This document shows positions 9,032-16,760 of a stretch of DNA of 64,000 nt, one piece after another (the first letter of the stretch is position 1; every line of letters begins with the position of its first letter). Made by a program: the position numbers and the translations under genes. This DNA comes from Dehalococcoidales bacterium (GTDB lineage: Bacteria; Chloroflexota; Dehalococcoidia; Dehalococcoidales; G020351185), in the NCBI GenBank assembly GCA_963674855.2, contig CAXXST010000002.1:558887-622886 (forward strand). The letters are read 5' to 3'. Below the pieces are notes generated by a model, which was given only the letters and a program-made list of their open reading frames with translations, was not told the origin of the DNA and ran no database searches.

Positions 9032-10093
9032 CTATCTGCCTGTAAGTTCTCCGGCCCCAAACTTAATTAGCTTGTCAGCCAGTTGGTTGCAGTAGTTGCA
9101 ATCAGCACATTCCATGTTACAGTTGGCAACTTTTTCAAAAAAGTTATATTTATCAAGGCTTTTGTTATCAAGGTGGGCGCCATAGCCTTTACTGAATGTC
9201 TTCAAGCTGGAGCATAATATGTCAAAAAGGTCTCCATCCCAGTTCTCTTCCAGATAAGATGTGATGGTTGTGATGAGAGCGTCAGTTTTGACCGTCCTGC
9301 CAACGATTTTAAAGTAATCGGTAATCCCCTCATATCTATGGGTATCCTCTGGTCTTATCCAACCGGATTTTAACACCTGTGAGTGATCCCAGTTGGTAAT
9401 ACCGCAGCAATTGCCCAGAAACAGGTTATTGTTAGCAACATGCTCGTTCCAGTCAATGTCCGTGTTTTTTGACCTGTGGGCGATATAGTTGAAATGGAAC
9501 TGCCTGAACGGGCATTTGTACAAGCAGCCCTCATTAACCATGAGTTTTATCCTGAGCCCGGTTTTGGATTTGATTTGCCCAAGCACCTCCAGGTTACGGT
9601 TGATAGATGTGTCCGGGGTGAAAACACTGGCTCCAGAGGCATGAAATATCATTGCCTTCTGCAGGCAATCAATCCCACTGAGCACAGAAGCGCAGATTTC
9701 AATGTCCGGAAACCGGTTCCTGACCTCCTGCATAATGATTGGGTTGGCAATAGTCACGGCTTCCATCCCGTGTTTCTTGTGAGCCTGCTCAATGAAATCC
9801 AATAATTGGCTAATGCTTTTATGGGTGTACCAGTCTTCCCCTTCGCAGGTGGTATTTAGTATCAGATTGACCCGCATGCCTTCACTGTGGATTCTGTCAA
9901 CTATGGAAAAAAACTGCGAGGGTTTGATCTGGTAAACCACCCGCCCGGAGCTGGAATATTCCTGGGGTCCGGAGAGATAGACCTCGCTTAAATCATTTTC
10001 ACCTGTTCCTTTAAGCGCAAACAACCTGTCAAGAAATTCGGGCTGGCTGTTATAAGGCACAGAGAATTTCAGCTTTTCTGCCATACTGCACAA
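9032..10093 (-). CDS. Hypothetical Cys-rich protein, possibly peptidase U32-like
   Basis: 353 aa with alternating beta/alpha-like pattern and Cys motifs (EGCLYKCP, CNMECADCNYC). The family call rests on recollection of U32-like N-termini (KFSVPYN..EVY..SGR) and is weak. Confidence 0.35.
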   Translation of the reverse strand: MCSMAEKLKFSVPYNSQPEFLDRLFALKGTGENDLSEVYLSGPQEYSSSGRVVYQIKPSQFFSIVDRIHSEGMRVNLILNTTCEGEDWYTHKSISQLLDFIEQAHKKHGMEAVTIANPIIMQEVRNRFPDIEICASVLSGIDCLQKAMIFHASGASVFTPDTSINRNLEVLGQIKSKTGLRIKLMVNEGCLYKCPFRQFHFNYIAHRSKNTDIDWNEHVANNNLFLGNCCGITNWDHSQVLKSGWIRPEDTHRYEGITDYFKIVGRTVKTDALITTITSYLEENWDGDLFDILCSSLKTFSKGYGAHLDNKSLDKYNFFEKVANCNMECADCNYCNQLADKLIKFGAGELTGR

Positions 10094-10511
10094 ATCCTTA
10101 TTTAAGAAGTATTTACTATTGTCCCGGTGATTAATTTAGATTAACACGGTTTTCATCTGGAAGCAAACAATATCTACCTCAACGCAGGCACCAAGGGCAA
10201 ACGCGCAGGCTGCTTTATCTGCTAGCGCTCCTTACCGGCAAACTGCCTGCAACAGCCATTAACCGCATACCCCGGTAATCACCGCTTATTAACTTTTAGC
10301 CTGTAATATTATTGGGAAGCCATGTATTTCTACACTGACGTTACCGAATTGTTTGCTGATGCTTTGATAACAGGATAGAGCCAACTGTAACCAGAAAGGC
10401 ATCGCAATAAAATTAAGGCAGATATCAACGTATTAAAAAAAGAAAGACACTGGCGATGATTATACTGTCAGAATTTTAAGTATATCACTGTTTAAAGCTG
10501 CTAAGATATCC

Positions 10512-11039
10512 TTATCTCCTCCCCACCACTCCTCTCATAACAGCTAGCCCCAGCCATATTCCACCGGCAATATATGCCATGGTATGGGCGGATTGTAATG
10601 CGGTGTATATGCTGATTCCTTCACCGACCGCAGAAAACCCTTCAATCGCAATGCCAAAGACCGCCAGACGGTTGGTTATGACCATATGAACAGCCACAAA
10701 GGCATAGACAATCAAACCAATTCCAACTATTCCCAGAAGCAATGAGCCTTTCCACCTGCCAAGCTTAGTACTAACGAGCGCCAGCACTACGCTTAGCCCC
10801 ACATATATCCAGGCGATTACCGTCTGCCATATAGGGGTTACGTCGTCTGCTACGTAATTAGCCAGCGTATTCAGGTTATGGCGTAATCCCCAGCCATAGA
10901 TGTTTATCGCCTGTCCGCCATCAAACCTGCCAATCCACCAGGGCATGATAAAGGAGGCTATCATAAGCCCTCCGGCAGCAGCTACCAGCAGGCGAAAGAG
11001 CCACATTTTCCAGTTATCAATTATGCTTATAAGATTCAT
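10512..11039 (-). CDS. Integral membrane protein, unknown function
   Basis: Four to five hydrophobic helices. GAGGTG lies 7 nt before the ATG at 11039, so this start is preferred over the track start at 11078. Follows the Mo-enzyme operon on the same strand. Confidence 0.5.
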   Translation of the reverse strand: MNLISIIDNWKMWLFRLLVAAAGGLMIASFIMPWWIGRFDGGQAINIYGWGLRHNLNTLANYVADDVTPIWQTVIAWIYVGLSVVLALVSTKLGRWKGSLLLGIVGIGLIVYAFVAVHMVITNRLAVFGIAIEGFSAVGEGISIYTALQSAHTMAYIAGGIWLGLAVMRGVVGRR

Positions 11040-11156
11040 ATCAACACCTCTGTATATCGGATTAGCCCCTTCAGGCAAAGAGGGCGGGGCATTATTATAA
11101 CACCCCGCCCTCTTTGTTTCTAGCTAATTCTTATAGCCCTTACAGCTATTAAGCTT

Positions 11157-12116
11157 TTACTGGCAGGCCAGTATAGTCCTCTTAACCAGTGTCTTGGCTA
11201 TCTGTATCTTGTACTTGTTACCGGGGTTAGAGCCATTAGCCGGAAAACCGGAGGCGCCTGTCACAGCCGCTTCACCGGCTGCTTCTGCATTGGCTTCGTC
11301 TATAGTTGCACCAGCCATAGCTTCCTCTGCTGTTGTTGCCCTGACAGGCAGGTTATAGACGGCATTAAGGCATATCCTTGCCTCTCCCCCGCCAACCATA
11401 GCTGCGCAGTTTACCACCGGGAAGTCAATCGTCTTCCTGATGGCGAACTTAATAAATGCGCTCTTGCCTGCCGGTTCCGGTATCTGTATCTCGGTGACTA
11501 TCTCGTCTTCGTCCAGTACCGTAGAGCCGGGTATGCCTACATCCCAGAAGTCATCAGCGGCAATATCACGCTTGCTGGTGACTATGGTGGCGTTAAGCGC
11601 TACCAGTGCCGGTGCCGTATCCGAAGGATTAACAGCTATACAGGCCTTAACCGCGCCGAAGATAGAATGGAAGCGATTATCACCCATCATGGCATAACAC
11701 ATACCGCCGCCCTTCCTCAAGCAGTTAAACTTGTTATCCGGGTTACGGAAGTACCAGCATCTATTCATCTGGCAGATGTTACCGCCGATGGTGCCCATCT
11801 CCCTGAGGTGAACAGAGGCTGTCCTTGAAGCTGCCTGAGCTAAAGCGGTGTACTTGCTACTCACTACATCACTATGGGCGATTTCATCAAGTAAGGTAAG
11901 GGCGCCTATCTTTAGCATTCCCCCCTCTTCCTTGATATAATCCAATCCCTCAATGGTCTTAAGGTTAACCACTACCTCGGTATAATCCGGCAGGATGTTG
12001 TCCTTAAGCGTTCCAAGGGCATCGGTACCGCCGGCAATCGCCATAGCGCCGCCTTTAGCCAGTGCTTCCGAGGCTTCCTCTACTGTTGTTGCGTCTACAT
12101 GTAAAAATCTCTTCAT
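11157..12116 (-). CDS. FAD-binding subunit of xanthine dehydrogenase-family enzyme (PaoB/CoxM-like)
   Basis: MKRFLHVDATTVEEA..AIAGGTDALGTLK is typical of the molybdopterin-dehydrogenase FAD-binding domain. AGGAGG precedes the ATG at 12116. The track start at 12209 would overlap the upstream gene by 83 nt. Confidence 0.8.
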   Translation of the reverse strand: MKRFLHVDATTVEEASEALAKGGAMAIAGGTDALGTLKDNILPDYTEVVVNLKTIEGLDYIKEEGGMLKIGALTLLDEIAHSDVVSSKYTALAQAASRTASVHLREMGTIGGNICQMNRCWYFRNPDNKFNCLRKGGGMCYAMMGDNRFHSIFGAVKACIAVNPSDTAPALVALNATIVTSKRDIAADDFWDVGIPGSTVLDEDEIVTEIQIPEPAGKSAFIKFAIRKTIDFPVVNCAAMVGGGEARICLNAVYNLPVRATTAEEAMAGATIDEANAEAAGEAAVTGASGFPANGSNPGNKYKIQIAKTLVKRTILACQ

Positions 12117-12126
12117 CTTCTTCCTC

Positions 12127-14634
12127 CTATGCCTTTCCCAGCGCTTTAAGAACCCGCTCTGGTGTTGGCGGATAATCAACCCATACGCCAGTGGCGTTAT
12201 AGACGGCAACAGGTGTCAGTGCGCTGCAGAAAGTGGTGTTGTCTTCGCCAACTCCGGCGCAGCCATAAGGGCCAACTCCCATGCGGCTCTCAAGTATTAT
12301 AGCTTCTACGTTAGGGATATCAGGCATGGTTAATATCTTGTAGTCTATGAAGTTGGGGTTAAGTCTTACTCCCGTGCCAGGATCGTAAATCTGTTCTTCA
12401 ATACCGCCGGTGGAATAACCCATGATAGCGGCGCCGTATATCTGCCCTTCGACTGTCTCCGGACCAATTGCTATGCCGACATCATTTACGGCAACGGCGT
12501 TGACTATCTCCACCCCGCCGGTCTCCGGGTCTACCTCAACCTCAAGAATATTACAGGACCTATGCATATACCATGAAGCTGGAGTTGGTGACCCGGGTAG
12601 ATTCATTGATTGCCAGTCTGCTTCTTTAAGGGTTTGTGTAAGTCCCTGTAGAGCTCTTGCAAGTGATGCCACAGGTGCAAGTACTGTGGAAGGATCATCC
12701 TTCATAACTACATTACTGTCAACAATGTCTATTTCATCGACAGATTTTTGGAGCGCCCCCGCTGCGGTAGCCAGCATTTTTCGCTTTAAGCCTGTGGCAA
12801 TTACCCAGAATTGCCAGCAGTTACCCGTCATAACTACTGAACCACCTCCGCCTGATAGATACGTATGGGGCTTGGAGTCCATTGATTCCTGTTCGTGGGT
12901 GTATAACACGTCGTTGATATTCATGCCGGTCTCTTCGGCGACGACGCGGACATAGCCTGTCCTGGCATCCGTGCCAACATCTCCCTTATGAGCCGTAATG
13001 AAGATTTTACCGTGAAGAACGCTAACCATTATTTTGGAGCGGGAATACTCATCCTGAGCGAAACTGCCGCCGTTGCTAAACTCGTGCATTGGTGCCATAC
13101 ACATACCGTGCAGTTTGCCGTTAGGCAGCAATTTTTCACCCGGGGCATGGAACTTATCGTCAAAACCTGAAGCGTCCTTGCCCGCTTTGATTACCGCAGA
13201 CAAACTGTCGACATCAGGTATCTGGTTAGTCGCCCTGTATTCCTGAACGTAGTCCCAGCCATGACCGGCTTTTCCCTCGTTTGCTATAGCAATAGCACCT
13301 TCATCTACACCAAGAGCAGCGGCTACCCGAGAGTAAACATGCTGCTTGAATTTGGCGGCAGGCTGTTGCTCGCAACGATGGGCAGAAGCGCCGTGCTTGT
13401 TTACGAACAACGTGGTAGACATACCATGCAGGTTAGGAATTCCGGAGGCGGTAATAAGGTGGCCGGGGCCTGCGGTATCAGGTAACATGGAACTCATATC
13501 CGCCATCTGTGCAAATATGCCGGTGGTTTCAACGGCGGTGATAGTTCCGTCATTATTGTAACCTACCTTGGCGGTGTATTTGCCTTCATCCATCTCTGAA
13601 AATGACGCGTCGTGCCGTCTCATAATCATCTTCACTGGCGCATTCGCTTTTTTAGCAAGCAGGGCAGCAACAGGAAGTATTGAGTGCTGTGGATACATAT
13701 AGATGGTCCATCCACCGAAAGAACCGCCGCCGTATGGGGTGTGTATGTGGAACTTTTCCAAAGGCAGACCCAACATAATGCTGTATACTCCAAGGATCTT
13801 ATGGGCGCTATCCTGGAATGGTTGCCAGATTTCCAGTGAACCGTCATCAATCCATCGGGCTACAGTACTGGGGATCTCTGGGCTGAACGCCTGATTATCG
13901 GTTCTTTTGAAGGTGAACTCCATGATATTATCAGCTGCGGCAAAGCCGGCTTCCATGTCAGAGTGCGGCATGTTGTAGAATACCTGCGCTTTGACGTTAT
14001 TGGCGTTCTCTTTGCCTTCCCAGCCGGGTGTATATTCGAACTCTTCATTTTCAGGTGTACAGCTTATATTATACCTGTTGTTATATACCCATGTTGGTTC
14101 ATAGGCATCCATGTAATCGTAAACGTGAGGCGCGCCAGGCTCAAAAGCCTCTTCGTAGCCGATAACAAATGGTTTTACTTCCCATTCAATTTTGACTAAT
14201 CCAAGGGCCTCATCGACTATATCCATTTTATCGGCGGCAATAGCTACACCTACGGGTGCTCCCTCAAAATATGCTGTGTCGCCGAGAACAGTGGTGGGCA
14301 GGGAGTAACTGCGCGTAGTGACGATATACGCAAGGTCTGGATCCCAAGCCTGGAAAATGCGTTTATTAACTTCAGGGTCGTCGTATCTGAGAACTGCCTT
14401 TACACCGGGTAGTTTCTCAGCTTCGCTGGTGTCCATACTTTTTATTCTGGCGGCGGCATAGGGAGAAGGCAAAACGCGAGCATAGAGCATGCCATTCAGC
14501 TTGACATCTCTGCCATACATTGCTTTACCAGTTACTTTGTCATCAGCATCACGGCGTATGATACCGCGTTTACCGATCCATTTGAAATCTTCTGTTTCTT
14601 TTCCTAGCCAATACTTATAATCTGATGCTGGCAT
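12127..14634 (-). CDS. Molybdopterin-binding large subunit, xanthine dehydrogenase/aldehyde oxidase family (PaoC-like)
   Basis: 835 aa. N-terminal a/b-hammerhead-like region (GKAMYGRDVKLNGMLYARVLPSPYAAARIKSMD). Size and position between the 2Fe-2S and FAD subunits fit the family. Confidence 0.85.
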   Translation of the reverse strand: MPASDYKYWLGKETEDFKWIGKRGIIRRDADDKVTGKAMYGRDVKLNGMLYARVLPSPYAAARIKSMDTSEAEKLPGVKAVLRYDDPEVNKRIFQAWDPDLAYIVTTRSYSLPTTVLGDTAYFEGAPVGVAIAADKMDIVDEALGLVKIEWEVKPFVIGYEEAFEPGAPHVYDYMDAYEPTWVYNNRYNISCTPENEEFEYTPGWEGKENANNVKAQVFYNMPHSDMEAGFAAADNIMEFTFKRTDNQAFSPEIPSTVARWIDDGSLEIWQPFQDSAHKILGVYSIMLGLPLEKFHIHTPYGGGSFGGWTIYMYPQHSILPVAALLAKKANAPVKMIMRRHDASFSEMDEGKYTAKVGYNNDGTITAVETTGIFAQMADMSSMLPDTAGPGHLITASGIPNLHGMSTTLFVNKHGASAHRCEQQPAAKFKQHVYSRVAAALGVDEGAIAIANEGKAGHGWDYVQEYRATNQIPDVDSLSAVIKAGKDASGFDDKFHAPGEKLLPNGKLHGMCMAPMHEFSNGGSFAQDEYSRSKIMVSVLHGKIFITAHKGDVGTDARTGYVRVVAEETGMNINDVLYTHEQESMDSKPHTYLSGGGGSVVMTGNCWQFWVIATGLKRKMLATAAGALQKSVDEIDIVDSNVVMKDDPSTVLAPVASLARALQGLTQTLKEADWQSMNLPGSPTPASWYMHRSCNILEVEVDPETGGVEIVNAVAVNDVGIAIGPETVEGQIYGAAIMGYSTGGIEEQIYDPGTGVRLNPNFIDYKILTMPDIPNVEAIILESRMGVGPYGCAGVGEDNTTFCSALTPVAVYNATGVWVDYPPTPERVLKALGKA

Positions 14635-15366
14635 TTAAGCACCTCCTAGTTTCTGAGCCGCTTCCAAAACTGCCGGTATATGCTGGGGATAAGTGCTGCA
14701 GCGGCACAGGTTGCCGGAAAGGGCATCCATTATTTCTTCCTTTGAAGGGTTGGGGTTCTTGTCCAGCAGCGCCTTGGCTGTTACTACGAAACCAGGTGTG
14801 CAGTAACCACACTGCATACAGTTGTTATTCTTGTAGGCTTCAATTAAAGGATGGTTTGCATGGGCTATACCTTCGATTGTTTCTATCTTCTTGCCGGTGC
14901 ATTCAATAGCCAGCATCATGCAGGATAGAACGGGTAGCCCGTCCATGATAACAGTGCAGGAGCCGCAGGCGCCGGCATCACACCATTCCTTGGCGCCAAT
15001 GAGGCCTAATTCGCTATTAAGTACCTGCTGCAAAGTCCAGTTGGGGCGTACCATAACGGTATAATCGTTGCCGTTAATATCCAGCTTTATGATAGCTTCG
15101 GCAACCTCACCGGCTTCTGTCTGGGAGGTAACTGTTATGGTGGGACCGGGTACGGTGGCTGTTACCGTTGATGCGCCTCCGCCTACCGTGGTAGTGACGT
15201 TGTTTGTAACCGTCTTGGTTACTGTATCAGTAACCGCTTCTCCATCACCACCGCAAGCAGCCAGAAGAACGGTTGAGCCTATGGCAGTGCCACCGATTAA
15301 AAGACCGGCGTCTTTAAGAAACTCTCTTCTGGAAACACCGCCGGATTTTTTCTTTTCTTCAGTCAT
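14635..15366 (-). CDS. Tat-signal, lipobox-containing 2x[2Fe-2S] small subunit (PaoA-like)
   Basis: SRREFLK followed by LLAAC. A Thr/Val-rich linker of about 55 aa comes next, then 2Fe-2S motifs CDAGACGSC, CMQCGYCTPG and CRCSTY. Confidence 0.85.
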   Translation of the reverse strand: MTEEKKKSGGVSRREFLKDAGLLIGGTAIGSTVLLAACGGDGEAVTDTVTKTVTNNVTTTVGGGASTVTATVPGPTITVTSQTEAGEVAEAIIKLDINGNDYTVMVRPNWTLQQVLNSELGLIGAKEWCDAGACGSCTVIMDGLPVLSCMMLAIECTGKKIETIEGIAHANHPLIEAYKNNNCMQCGYCTPGFVVTAKALLDKNPNPSKEEIMDALSGNLCRCSTYPQHIPAVLEAAQKLGGA

Positions 15367-15475
15367 ATTATTTATATGATCTCCTTTTCGACCTTTTTAT
15401 TATTCATTCATTAACCGGTTTGTTCTTTCAAACTCACCTATAGGCACCACCTCCTTTATTAAAGTGATTATCAGG

Positions 15476-15670
15476 TTATCCGTTACAGTTGGTCTTTTCC
15501 CAGAAGTCAACCAGCTGGCTGATAAAGCCGTCATAGCATTGACCGGGGGCTCTGTTCTTATCCAGCTTGTTTTTGGTTATTGCCTTCAATCCTATAGTTG
15601 TGCGCGGATTACACAGCCCGTTGCCGTTGCCATTCTCTTTAACTGATACTACTTCGCGGTTTCCATTCAT
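15476..15670 (-). CDS. Small conserved hypothetical protein (paralog of 5866..6078)
   Basis: AAGGAG lies 9 nt before the ATG at 15670 (MNGNREVVSVKEN..). The C-terminus ..TTIGLK..YDGFISQLVDFWEK.. is shared with the other small ORF. Confidence 0.45.
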   Translation of the reverse strand: MNGNREVVSVKENGNGNGLCNPRTTIGLKAITKNKLDKNRAPGQCYDGFISQLVDFWEKTNCNG

Positions 15671-15985
15671 TAAGTGTTTCTCCTTTAATATTTGTATTGG
15701 TTTATTCACTATTTATCAGTATTGCTTCTGTATAAGCTATAAATATGAACTAACAAGGGGTATGGTGATGCAAAGTTCAGATTAAAATAAAAGTATTTTG
15801 CTGTTTCTTGCCTACTCCTTATGTAAGAAACGAAATGACAAGCTCTCAAAAAACCTTGTTTACACGAGTGCATTAAAACTACCGTCAACACACCAGTCTT
15901 TGACAAGGGTAACCATATTCGGGCATTTACCCTTGTGATTTATAGACAATACATATAAACGTGAATACAATCTTAAATAAGTATA

Positions 15986-16052
15986 AGGTTCAGGGGTTAA
16001 AAAGAGGTTAAAAAATCAGAGTGTAAGGTTAAACAAAGTTAAATATAAGTTA
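15986..16052. promoter_or_regulatory. Helically phased (A/G)GTTAAA direct repeats
   Basis: GGTT(C/A) or AGTTA starts at about 15987, 15995, 16006, 16027, 16037 and 16048. Spacings are about 8-11 or 21 bp, and several copies are followed by A-tracts. Located just downstream of the regulator stop, upstream of the small ORF/Mo-enzyme operon. Confidence 0.3.
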
Positions 16053-16079
16053 TAAATAATTATAATTAGAAAGGGTGGG

Positions 16080-16760
16080 TTAAGGCTTGATAAGGGAGTA
16101 ACCAACCCCAATTTTGGTGAGAATAATCTTTGGGTTACCCGGGTCCTTTTCTAATTTTTCACGAAGGTGTCGTATATGCACTTTGAGGGAATTGGCTGCC
16201 CCTTCGAAATCATCCCCCCAGACAGATTTTGCCAACGATGAATAATTAACTACATAGGGAGATTCTTGCACGAGTTTATAGAGAATCTCGTTTTCAATAC
16301 AACGCAGATTTATAATTTTATCTTTGTAGTGCAGGCTGCGCCGGCCGTAATCAAGGGTGAATTCTCCGAATATAACCGGTGAACTAACATCGGTTTCCAG
16401 CCGCTCCAGGGCAAGCCTTTTAATCCGTGCCAGAAGTTCCATCTGTCTGAAAGGTTTAAACACATAGTCATTTGCCCCAAGCTCCAGAGCTTGAACTACA
16501 GTAGCTTCGTTTGTATCAACTGTAAGTATAAGAATGGGGATTTTAGAAAACATCCGTATACGCTTGATGACCTCTAGCCCGTCTATGTCAGGTAAGCCTA
16601 AATCCAGTATGACGACATCAGGATTTGCAGTTTCAACAAGTTCAATTCCTTCCTGCCCCCACTTTGCTGATATGATTTCAACATTAGGCCACCCAAGTTT
16701 GCACGAAAAACTGATGGCGGTAACAATTTTACTGTCGTCTTCTATAATTAGCAGTTTCAT
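16080..16760 (-). CDS. OmpR/PhoB-family response regulator
   Basis: 226 aa. Receiver (IIEDD, DVVILDLGLPD, KPF) plus winged-helix output ending GVGYSLIKP. Overlaps the kinase stop by 4 nt. Confidence 0.9.
   Translation of the reverse strand: MKLLIIEDDSKIVTAISFSCKLGWPNVEIISAKWGQEGIELVETANPDVVILDLGLPDIDGLEVIKRIRMFSKIPILILTVDTNEATVVQALELGANDYVFKPFRQMELLARIKRLALERLETDVSSPVIFGEFTLDYGRRSLHYKDKIINLRCIENEILYKLVQESPYVVNYSSLAKSVWGDDFEGAANSLKVHIRHLREKLEKDPGNPKIILTKIGVGYSLIKP

Noticed and set aside
12117-12209. Track start of the FAD-subunit ORF at 12209, overlapping the large subunit by 83 nt
   Set aside because: The internal ATG at 12116 has an AGGAGG RBS and begins the conserved MKRFLHVDA.. sequence. 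The upstream extension (MPSITPLAYGLIIRQHQSG..) is read-through of the neighbouring gene's 3' end.
15367-16079. Possible molybdenum/tungsten-cofactor riboswitch in the leaders of the two pterin-enzyme operons
   Set aside because: I could not find the conserved Moco-motif features by eye. The best-conserved stretch shows third-codon-position variation, which fits a coding small ORF better. A covariance-model scan would be needed to exclude a riboswitch.
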